A DNA stretch of 64,000 bases from Octopus sinensis (taxonomy: Eukaryota), in the NCBI RefSeq assembly GCF_006345805.1, contig NC_043003.1, positions 89,466,001 to 89,530,000 on the forward strand, in the 5' to 3' direction. Shown piece by piece: positions 1-46,075 of this stretch. Position 1 is the stretch's first letter. Each line of letters starts with the position of its first letter. The notes under the pieces were generated by a model. That model was not told the origin of the DNA. It saw nothing but the letters and a program-made list of their open reading frames with translations, and ran no database searches. The translations under genes and the position numbers were made by a program.

Positions 1-66
1 TGTTCCGTTGATTCGGATCAACCGGAACCCTCGTTGTCGTAGTAACCAACAGAGTGCTTCCCACTG
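1..66 (+). mobile_element. 3' tail of a tRNA-derived SINE (same family as 11769-12145 and 49832-50156)
   Basis: tgttccgttgattcggatcaaccggaaccctcgttgtcg matches the tails at about 50100-50155 and 50718-50770. Confidence 0.7.
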
Positions 67-1250
67 TTACACTAATCGTTGGGTATGATTCCCTTGTTGA
101 TAACCTGATTTTCTGTATGGGTGACTAGGCTATATCCTTCTCCATGAGTGGTGATTCCTGATGGGCTGGGGGCTTTCCCTGTCTTCATATCCTTAATTAC
201 TTTACCTATCAAAGTATTGTCAATTGAGATAGCTGGTCCCTCAGTTGGGTCAATATTTGGCAGACTTCCTTCTCCCATTCATTCTCCATTTTTAGCAGCC
301 TATCATAATGGCTTTTATAAGTCTCTTTCTTTGCAGAATCATTAAATATAAGTGAACTATCATCCATGCAGACATATTTCTCTCCTATGACACTGCAATT
401 TACTCTCACACACTTTTTTGCAATCTGAAACGCCTCAGGTCTCTGGTCCTCACGTCACAGAACATTGGCAAACTTCTTCTTTTCTGCTTCTCCCTTGGCT
501 AAGTATATCTGTCTTCTAGCTTCCCTTCTGGCTATCTGATACCATTCCGTGCTACCACCACATTTCCAGTCCTGTTTCTTTTCTCTACTGGCCCTGTCAA
601 CTACATTGTTCCACCACCATGTCACCTGAAGTCAAGAGAAGACTTTGCACCAGCCACAGATTTGGTCAGTAGCCCTCAGCAGGTTGTCCTGTAGGAACCT
701 CCAGTTGTCCTCCAAGTTATATGTCACTATATCCTCCTTTTCATCAAATGCCTCAAGTTATATGTCTCTAAATCTCTGTCTATTCAGAGGATCCTTAAGC
801 TTCCAGACCATTCTTTTCCGTACTGGTCATCTCCTGGGAAGCCATTTAACCCTGATCCTGAAATCACTAACAACTAACCTATGTTGGTGGGGTACATTCT
901 TCACCTGGGGAAGTTTTGGTATTTATTAGCAGCCATCTTTCCCGTTTCCTGGCGAGAATGTAGTCAATCTGACTAGTGTGCCCACTGGACTTGTAGGTGA
1001 ACAGGTTACTGGCAGGTTTCCTGAAGTTAATATTACAGATTATAAGGACATTTACATGACAATTCCAGCAGCCTGCTTCTTTCCTCATTTCAGGAACCAA
1101 ATCTGTTGCCATCATACACACCATGGAAGCCTCTTGGATGTTATTCAACATACCCATTGAAGTTGCCAGCCACAAAGAGGTCTCTGTCATTCATTGATGA
1201 GGTGGCCTGCAGGAGGGTGTCATAAAATCCATCTTTCTTTTTGTCAGGTA
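67..1250 (-). mobile_element. Degenerate RTE-clade LINE fragment (AP endonuclease to pre-RT region)
   Basis: Broken minus-strand ORFs give FTYKSSGHTSQIDYILARKRERWLLINTKTSPGEEC (APE C-terminal QIDY motif) and IKDMKTGKAPSPSGIT (GKAxGxDGI-like motif preceding RT), with frameshifts and stops. Confidence 0.8.
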
Positions 1251-1707
1251 GACCTGGCTGAGGGGCATAGGCTGAGATAATGGTTGTTGATCCATGTTGC
1301 AGCACTAGTCTAAGCTTAAGTTTTCTATCGCAAACTCTGACTACCTCGATTACCTTATCAGCTTATTTCTTAGTCAGGAATATGCTCATTCCTCCAACCC
1401 CATCACTATTTCCTGTCCAGAAAATCTTATAACTATGTTCTTTGCCTGTGAGGAATCTAGCCAAACATCCCCTCCACCTTGGATGCAACATATATCAAAA
1501 TATAAAACTTACAAATATTTCATTAAATTATCTCAATGGTTTAATTATACTAAAAATTAATTGAAACAAAATGGTTGATTACTTGAAATATAATCATGAA
1601 AGGATTAAAAGATGATTTCAGATCAACCAGCTTAGCAAAAATACACAAGAAAAGTGTATCAAAGATTTTAATTTATAATTTTTAGCTTAAATTTGGATAT
1701 TATTTGC

Positions 1708-2713
1708 ATTATTTACATTCGACGGATATTTGTCCTCATCTTGTTGTTAACACGTTTCAGGTGATATACCCTCCAGCCTTCTTCAGGTGTCTTGGGGAAA
1801 TTTCAAACCTGGGTTCTCATTCCTAAGGTATTTTTTGATGTCATTATTATTATTATTATTATTATTGTTCAGGTCACTGCTCAGAATCGAACTCGGAATT
1901 TTGGGGTTAGTAGTCCGCGCTCTTAACCACTATGCCATATGCCCATGGGCAATTATGGAGTGAATTGTAGGGCTTATAAATCTAATCTTTTCCTATCCTT
2001 CCTTAATACCAGTACCCATATGCTGCTCATATCTGCACTCGGTCTGCTTAAGAGGTTGTTGTGTCTTAGCATATGTGCTGCTTCTTTTAGTTTTTGTATT
2101 TTCCAGTGGTGTTCTCTGTCTATTATTTTAACTTCATCCCACAGGGGGAAGTGGTCTCCATTTTTCCATACGTGATCAGCTATACCCAATTTATCAATAT
2201 CTCCCCGTGTCACAGCTTTGCGATGTTCCTCTACCCTTATTTTGAGGGGGCGGCATGTTTCGCCTTGGTATAACCTACCACAGCTGCGTGGGATGGAGTA
2301 CATGCAGTCTTTGGTCATATTCTCTTCTATTGGTGGTTTTACTCGAAGGAGATATTTGCGAAGTGTTGTATTACTCTTGAATACTGTCCTGATGTCATAT
2401 GGGCCGAATATCTTTTGTATCTTTTCGGAGAGGCTTTTCACATAGGATAGGCAAACCATGGACAGTTTATTGGCCTCATCCTCTCTCTTCTCCATAATTG
2501 GAGTAGATAGTATACTTTTGGGGTAGTTGTTGCTTAACAGATCATTATTGAGCTTGATCAACAATAACAACAACATCGAAAACTAACTTAGGAATGAGAA
2601 CCCAGGTTCGAAATTTCCCCAAGACACCTGAAGAAGGCTGGAGGGTATATCAGCTGAAATGTTATGTTAACAACAAACAAAATGAGGACAAATATCCGCC
2701 AAATGTACATAAT
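1708..2713 (-). mobile_element. 5'-truncated Penelope-like element: GIY-YIG endonuclease remnant between inverted terminal repeats
   Basis: ORF 1974-2576(-) contains CMYSIP..CGRLYQGET.RPLKIRVEEHRK...IADH...KLKEAAH, typical of Penelope GIY-YIG domains. About 120-bp inverted repeats at 1708-1829 and 2587-2713 each contain CTGAAGA...GAAA. Confidence 0.85.
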
Positions 2714-2927
2714 TCCTCATCTCTTAAATATAGAACTGTATTATCTAATCGGTACAGAACTGACATTAGACTTCAATGGAGACATATAAAGAAACTTCAG
2801 CAAAAACATTACAACCATTGGAAAAAACATCAACTAAATAACGGAATCAAAGAGATATTTGGATATTTCAGTGTAACTTATTAATGCTATTGAAAACTAC
2901 TCATTGAATTGAATCAAATTAAATATT

Positions 2928-3065
2928 AGGTGCAGGCATGACTGTGTGGTAAGAAGCTTGCTTCCCAACAACATGGTTCCCTGTTCTGTCCCACTGCATG
3001 ACACCTTAGGCTGACCAAATCCTTGTGAGGGGATTTGGTAGATGGAAACTGAAAGAAGTCTGTTG

Positions 3066-3111
<46 letters not shown>

Positions 3112-3300
3112 ACCACGACTTGACAACAGGTGGTGGTGTGTTTATGTCCCTATAACTTAGTGGTTTGGCAAAAGAGACCAACAGAATAAGTGCCAGGTTT
3201 AAAAAAAGTCCTGGGGTTGATTTGTTTGGCTAAAAAAGCTATTCAAGGTGATGCCCCAGCATGGACTCAGTCAGCTGATTGTAACAAGTAAAAGAAAAAG
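2928..3300 (+). mobile_element. tRNA-head SINE with central (AT)n(GT)n microsatellite
   Basis: Head ctgtgtggtaagaagcttgcttccc...ggttc, then a microsatellite and the body; the same family recurs at 21560-22532(-), 39385-39530(+) and 50788-51150(-). Confidence 0.8.
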
Positions 3301-3400
3301 ATTAGTCAAGTAAGAACTTATAAAGTAATTAATTTATTTGTCTTGTACTTTTGCTTTTTTGTGCTTTAAATTAAAAAAAAAAAACTTTGTTATTTTGTAG

Positions 3401-38946
<35,546 letters not shown>

Positions 38947-38982
38947 CACACAAACTTGTAGAATAATTATTTTCTGTTTTTT

Positions 38983-38988
38983 AATAAA
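38983..38988 (+). terminator. Polyadenylation signal of POLR3A
   Basis: AATAAA 36 nt after the stop, followed by T-rich sequence. Confidence 0.7.
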
Positions 38989-39051
38989 GCCTTTTTTACC
39001 TAAAAAAAACTTGAAAATGCAAATTTTTATTTATTTGTTTATTATTTTCTT

Positions 39052-39230
39052 AACCTGATATTCTACCTTGTTTTATGCTCAAACTGGCCAGGTCTGACCT
39101 TTCATACTGACCTCAGCAATGTCATTTCAAAAAACTAAACAATCACATCATTGAAATCTCAGAAGTTATGAAATAATGCATGATTAATTCAAAACAATGC
39201 ATTTGGCAGAGTAATCTGAATGTTAAAGGG
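39052..39230 (+). mobile_element. Partial piggyBac-type MITE
   Basis: Ends ctgaatgttaaaGGG|TTAA; homologous to 3608-3811. Confidence 0.7.
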
Positions 39231-39539
39231 TTAAATCCGAAAACTAGAAATGGACGAGTGTTGTAATTTTTGTTTTTTGTATAATTTTAAAATCATTTTT
39301 ATTTATTTATTTTTTTACTTACTGGGTCTGAAGAAAAGACCAGTGCCCATTCCTTTTCTTTTGTTTGTTTCTTTAATATTAATATAGGTACAGGTGTGGC
39401 TATGTGGTAAGAAGTTTGCTTCCCAGCAATATGGTTTTGGGTTCAGTCCCAAAACCGTATTGGGCAAATGTTTTCTACTGTAGCCCCAGACTGACTGATG
39501 CTATGTGAGTGGATTTGGTAAACAGAAACTCTCTCTCAG

Positions 39540-40280
39540 CTGTGTGAAAAAGTGTCACACCCTAGCAGTTGAGGGAACCTGTGGAAGAGGTTGACTCAAG
39601 AAGACCTGGGATGAGGTGGTGAAGCATGACTTTGAAACATTGGACCTTACCTAGGCAATAACTAGTGACCATTTGGAGATATGCTGTGTTTGAGAAGACG
39701 TGACAAGCCAAGTGAGACCATAGCCCGTGGCCTATGCCAGTGGGTGTAACCAGCCCACTTATGAGTACCCCTCATTCATTGGACAATAAACTTTGCTTCT
39801 GAAGACCTATTGAGGCAAGTGAAATCAAATCAAAATCAATGGCGTGGCCGATGACAGTACCGCCTGATTGACACTCTTGCCAATGGAATGTTAAAAGCAC
39901 ATCCGAGCGTGATTGTTGTCAGGGCCACAGATTGGCTCCCGTGCCAGTGGCACATAAAAAGCACCATTTGAGTGTGATCATTGCCAGCGTCGCCTTACTG
40001 GCACATGAGAAATAACATTCGAGACTGGTTGTTGCCAGTGTCGCTGGGCTGGCTCCCATACAGGAAGCACATAAAAAACACCTTTTGAGCGTGGTCATTG
40101 CCAGAACCGCCTGACTGGCCCTAGTAAAAGCATCCACTACACTCTCAGAGTGGTTGGTGTTAGGAAGGGCATCCAGCTATAGAAACTTTGCCAGACCAGA
40201 TTGAGCCTGGTGCAGCCTTCTGGCTCACCAGTGCTCAGTCAAACCGTCCAACCCATGCCAGTATGGAAAGCGCCGCTTTC
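39540..40280 (+). mobile_element. RTE LINE 3' end with tandem 3' UTR units
   Basis: GTCGRG..KKTWDEVVKHD..TL.LT.AITSD..W.YAV, then UTR repeats and aaaccgtccaacccatgccag. Confidence 0.75.
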
Positions 40281-40471
40281 CATGCTGGCATAGATTACAG
40301 TTTGACTGGAACTGGTTAGCTGGAGAGCAGTACTATGTGCTAGTCTGATTTTGACTTGGTTTTTATGACTGGATGCCCTTCCTAATGCCAACCATTCCAA
40401 GAGTGCAGTGGGTGCCTTTAATGTGTCACCAGCACAGGTGCTTCTGCATGTCACTGGCATGTATTAATATA

Positions 40472-41278
40472 TGAGGTCTGATCAATAAGTATCCGGACTT
40501 GCCATAGTAACAAAGCTAAAGCATGCAGAGTTCTAGCTCACTTCTTCTGATTACAGTAGTGCTTGGAAGGAAGGTGTGTAGAGTGTGATCATCGCATTGG
40601 CCATGACAGAGAAAGTTGTCATGACGATACCTGCTCACAGGCCTACACAAAGTTGCAGAAAGTGTATAGAGAGGAGTGTATGAGCCGCATACAAGTGTAT
40701 GAATTGTTCAGACATTTCCAAGATGGCCAAAAAAATGTTGATATTGACAAATGTTCTGGGAGACGTGCAACCAGCAGAACTGAGAAAAGACATTACAGAT
40801 GTGTGTGCAGCTGTGAGGGGAAAACCTTCAAATGACCATCTGTGAGTTATCAGAGGATGAGCAAGATTAGTTACAGTTGAGTTCAGCCCTTTATCACTGA
40901 AGATTTGGACATGAGATGCGTGTCTGCCAAATTTGTGCCAAAACTGCTTTCAGCTGACCAAAAGGATATGGGGGTTTCAGTTGCACAAGATCTACTTGAT
41001 TTTGTCGAGAACGATGAAAACTTTGCCTAGGCCTCTGAGCAGGTATCATCAGGCTTTTGGCAAAATTTGATGCAGATTCTCTGCTCAACTTGCTCTGTCA
41101 TGGTCACACACTCGTTCCTTCCAAGCACTGCTGTAAACAGTGGAAGTGAGCTAGAATGGTAAAACTTAGTGCGCATGCACAACAGAGTTCAAGGTCAATC
41201 TGTGCCAAGCAGCTTCACTCTGTGTGCTTTAGCTTAGTTACTATGGCAACAGTCTGGGTACTTATTGATCAGACCACG
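40472..41278 (+). mobile_element. Mariner-derived element with transposase N-terminal remnant and two left ends
   Basis: TA|tgaggtctgatcaataagtatccggact ... agtctgggtacttattgatcagaccacg TIRs. Remnant MSRIQVYELFRHFQDG..VD..CSGR..TS and ..SAKFVPKLLS.DQK (WVP-like motif). Confidence 0.85.
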
Positions 41279-41286
41279 TGTGTGTG

Positions 41287-41317
<31 letters not shown>

Positions 41318-42019
41318 GGCTGCAACGAGTGGAATATGAAAGATTAAAAATATTAATTTTTTTTTATTTTCAATTAATTTCTTTTATTTTTAACTTGCTG
41401 GGCCTGGAGTATGGGGCAATACCTATAACCTTTATGTACTTTTTTTAATTTTCAGTTTACTTATTCTTCTTACTTGGTGGGTCTGGAAGAAGGGGCAGTG
41501 CCCTTGGTTTTTGCAGGCCTTCCAAGAGCAGTAATATTGATGTCTTTAATTTAGATTGTTGCTACTCCACACCTATAGAGAAGATCTCAATTGAGGGAAG
41601 ATTCCAGAGTTGTTGTTTAATCCGAGGATAAACTTGATTGAGTAAATATGAGATCAAAGACAGCAGTGACCATCTTTTCTTTTTAGTGTAAGATTATATC
41701 CTCTGTTGTCTCCTTTTCTTAGAAGAGTTCTTTCTAGCAGGTCAAACACCTGTGTAGAGACAGTAGAAAGTAAATTCCAGAGGGGATGGGTTTCACTGGA
41801 ATAAAAGATTGTTAAACTCCAAGTTAGCTAAGATCAAAGCCTCTCTATCTATGACCATCCCATCTTTTTCCTATGTGTAAAGAATGCAGGACTACAATAT
41901 GCACATCCTTTTCTAGGGCGTTTGGCAGTTCTGGTGAGCACATGGAGGCATCTGCCTTGGTTTAAGTGAAATGTGTTAATAGATGGGAGTGATTTTTTGT
42001 AGCCATAGTCAACTCTACC

Positions 42020-42860
42020 TCAGTACACATGTAGTGCCAATGAAAAATTCTTCTGTGTGTAGTACATATGTAGCACTAATGTACTATTCTCAACGCACAT
42101 GTCGCACTGATGTAGCTTTGTTCACTATGCATGTGGTACCGATATAACTTCTTCAATACACATGTGACACTGGTTTAGATTCTTCATTACACATGTAACA
42201 TTGTGAATATATATGTAAGACTGATATAGCTTCCATAGCATGCATGTAGCCCTGATGTAGCATCTCAGTATGCATAGCTTCGTTTGTACATGTGTAGCAT
42301 CGATGTAATTCCATCGGCTCACATGTAGCATCGATGTAATTCCATCGGCTCACATGTAGCATCGATGTAATTTCTGCAGTGCATATGCAGCACTAATGTA
42401 GCGTCGTTAGTACACGTAGCATCAGTGTAACTTTCTAAGTGCACGTGTAACATTGATGTAGCATCATCTCTATATGTGTAGTAACGTAACAACTTAATGT
42501 AACCCTGATTGAACATCTTGGGTATGCATGTAGTATTGATGTTTCCTCAACATGTATGTAACACCAATGTTGCTCCCCACTGCACATGTAAATTGCACTT
42601 CTCATGTAGCACCAGTGTAGCTTCCTCAATACACATGTTGCATTAGTGTAGCTCTCCCAGTATGCATATATTGCACTGGTGTAAGTTCCTCAGGACAAAC
42701 GAAGCACGGTTGTAGCTTCATCTGTATACATGTAGCTTCGATGTTACTTAGTACACATGTAACATTGATGTACCTTTCTCACTGTGTATGTAGCAGTGAA
42801 GTAGTTTTCTCAATATCAATGTATCAACTGATGTAGATGTTTCAGTGTATATGTAACGTC
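42020..42860. repeat. Degenerate approximately 30-31-bp minisatellite
   Basis: Unit ggctcacatgtagcatcgatgtaattccatc repeated exactly with period 31 at 42301/42332/42363; about 27 diverged copies overall. Confidence 0.85.
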
Positions 42861-44064
42861 CTAAACACCCATGTAATTAAAAGATAAAAATGTACACATA
42901 CATACATATGCCTTTCTATCATTTACACACATATATAACCATAAATACAATCAAAGAGAAAAAATTGTAACGAACTGTCTAGTAGTAGTTTTGCTTCAGT
43001 TGTTATATTTATATGACATCTCTCTCTCTCATTCGCGCGCGCACTTAACGTCTGTATTTAGACTATTGGACTGACTGCAAGAATAGATTGTGACGTGTGC
43101 GCAAGAGATTAATGTCTGCGACTAGATTGTAGGTCTGGCACCAAGAGAAGATTGTAACGTGTGCGCAGCCAACGGCTGGATTGGCAGAAAGGGAGATTGT
43201 TGAGTGAACTAAAAGTATTACAACTTTTAGTTTCTCTCTTCTTCATTTTGTGATCCGTCCTCACTTTACTTTCTCGTCTCTTCCAAGACAAAGTGCCAGT
43301 TCTGGAGTTGATCCAACCAACTCTATCCCTATATTAGAGTTATGGGTACTGCCGAGTCGATAGTAATGAACTACTGTTTATAGCATTAAAGGTTCGGTTC
43401 TTATCAACGGTGCCGTTACGAAAACGCCTATGCCAACGTGCATTTGTCGCTTGTTTATCCCTCATCTCCAACCTTAACGTAATAGCTTCTCTGTCATTCA
43501 CTAGCGTAGCTAGAGTGTCTGCCACCCGGGACGGCCCTTCCGTTTGCCGCCCCCGGACTCCACAAAAAAAAACCACATTGTCTACAGCAGACCTAAAAGT
43601 GCCGCCAGGGTCGAACTACCCCTAACGCCCCCCCCCCCCCCCACACACACGCTAGTACATTCATTTTCAAAATCTCATCTTCCTGGAATTTGCTTTTTGT
43701 TCATATTTTTCGCCCAACCAATAATTTGCAAGAGTTCAAACCAAGCATAAAGAAAAATACTGTCACCAGCACCTTAAATACTCAAACACTTTATGAGTGA
43801 GAGGGTGGAGGGTGGAGCAGATTGACCTCACCAAGTATATCACTGGTATTTATTTTATTGACATGGAAGAATGAAAAGCAAAATGAAACCCTCAGATTTG
43901 GAAGGATTTGATCAAAAGAATGCAGTGGGATATTTAATCAAACATGAATGTGCTCCGTTATTCTTCACTGTAAGACTTACATTATTTGGAGTGAATTATT
44001 AAGCGTCATCTTATAACTAATTTAACCACTTTCTCTTCCAACACACTTTTTCAGCATTCTCAAA

Positions 44065-44212
44065 TCTCATCATCATCATCATTACCACCACCACCATCAT
44101 CATCACATTACCACAATCATCATGGTCATCATCACAACCACCATTATCATAATCATCATTATCACTATCACCATACCCATCACCACAACCACCACCATCA
44201 TCATCATCATCC
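44065..44212. repeat. (CAT/CAC)n trinucleotide repeat
   Basis: Direct reading. Confidence 0.9.
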
Positions 44213-44835
44213 TCAAAGCTATTCTAGTACTATCACCATCATTTCAATCCATATTTATATTATGTCCAGTTGATGAAAGTATACAAAAGAAATAACGACA
44301 TCGAAATTAAAGACTTTCTTTATAACTTTTTTTCTTTTTTAGCAAGATTGAAGGTTGCTCATTTCAACTGGCAAACTATGACAGAGAATTTGAAAAACGT
44401 CGCCGCACAGCGTCGTATTCATAGTTGATTGGAAATTTGATTGATTAACCAGTATAACCGCATTCGGTTTTGCAAAGATATTCATTGCTTTCCTCTTTCG
44501 CTGCATCTGTCTAATTTGGCTTTCGTATTCATTCGTTTAATATGCAATCATTTTATTCATTGTCATTTCTGATATATTCATCGATTCAGTCCACCGCCAG
44601 TTGTCGTCATACAGTTATAACGTATTCATCAGTACAGCGCCGTGTGAACTGATAGCACTCAACTAAAGTGGGGTATTTGTATAGAACAAATTAGATGTAA
44701 CGCAGATATATTTTGCCATTTATCATAAAATTTAAGCAATGGAAAAATGTTACGATTGTTTTAATTTTTAAAAATTTTTGTTGCTCTTCTTATCCTTTTG
44801 ATTGAAAAGTTCACAGAAACAAGAAAACATTTTGT

Positions 44836-45515
44836 GGATCTTTTCCTTTTGAACGGCAGTTTTCAACACAATTTCTAGTTAATTAAATACTTTTAAACTT
44901 CGTATACTGGTTGAATGTGTCAAAATAAAACATTTTTTTCTCTTGGCTTTCTTGAGAAAATTGTAATTTGTAAGTTTAACGTAGTTTAATTTTTCGAATT
45001 TTAACCAATCCTATGGCCTTTATTGAGCTAAAATCATTTGCTGCGTCTAAAACAGACAACATCCTGTCACAAACCCTAACCCTAAATTTTAGCCCTTCGT
45101 TTTTTTTTTCTTAATTGTTAAATTAATTTAAGGATAACAATTAAGAAAAAAAAGCGAAAGGCTAAAACGAAAGCAAAAACTCAAAACAAAAGCAAAACGA
45201 ATAATTTTAGACACGCGTAACAATTAAATTAATTTAACAATTAAGAAAAAAAAAACGAAAGGCTAAAATTTAGGGTTAGTGGCAGGATGCTGTCTCAGTT
45301 TTAGACGCAGCAAATGATTTTAGCTCAATAGAGGCCATAGGATTGGTTAAAATTCGGAAAATTAAACTACGTTAAACTTACAAATTACAATTTTAACAAG
45401 AAAGCCAAGAGAAAAAAATGTTTTATTTTAACACATTCTACCAGTATACGAAGTTTAAAAGTGTTTAGTTAACTAGAAATTATGTTGAAAACTGCCGTTC
45501 AAAAGGGAAAGATCC
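44836..45515. mobile_element. Palindromic GGATC-family MITE
   Basis: ggatcttttccttttgaacggcagtttt ... aaaactgccgttcaaaagggaaagatcc; arms are inverted over most of the element; internal CCCTAA/TTAGGG; same family as 62624-63406. Confidence 0.9.
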
Positions 45516-45665
45516 ACCAATAACAATATAACTGTTACAAATATTCCAACTGTCGATATAATATGACTGAATTTTTACTTTATCAACTTTGTTAAATATT
45601 TTCATTAAATTTCTTCAAATATTTCTTATTAAAAAGAATGAATGAATTTTTGTTTTTAAATCAAT

Positions 45666-46075
45666 GGATCTTTTCGGTTTGAACGGCAGTTTTTTCTAGC
45701 GGTGTCATATGAAATTGTCACCTATAATTATGACCCTAGTATCGATCTATTGCATTTCAATCTGTTTTAGGGTTAGGGGTGGGGGAAAGGGTATCTTTTT
45801 TTTTCGGAAATGTAAATAAACTCAATCTGTTTCTTAAACGAGGGACATATTCATACGGCACAAAATGTTTTCACCTCAATAGACGCCATTGATTGGTTGA
45901 AATTGCAGAAATTGAAGAGAAAAAACAACAAATATCTTACAAACAATAGAATTTTCTCAATAAAGCCAAGAGAAAAAGATGTTTTATGAGCACATTCTAC
46001 CAGTATACGAAGTTTAAAAGTGTTTAGTTACGTGTAAATTATTTTTAAAAGCTGCCGTTCAAACCGAAAAGATCC
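45666..46075 (-). mobile_element. GGATC-family MITE, approximately 410-bp asymmetric form
   Basis: TIR ggatcttttcggtttgaacggcag at both ends; the reverse complement of the 48757-49176 copy. Confidence 0.9.

Noticed and set aside
42020-42860. CRISPR-like periodicity
   Set aside because: Contiguous degenerate units without unique spacers, in a eukaryotic context with no cas genes.
44343-44424. Exon-like segment after a strong pyrimidine tract (KIEGCSFQLANYDREFEKRRRTASYS*), phase-compatible with the POLR3A penultimate exon
   Set aside because: It lies beyond the POLR3A poly(A) signal, has a U2-type acceptor incompatible with the U12 donor, and shows no recognisable homology.
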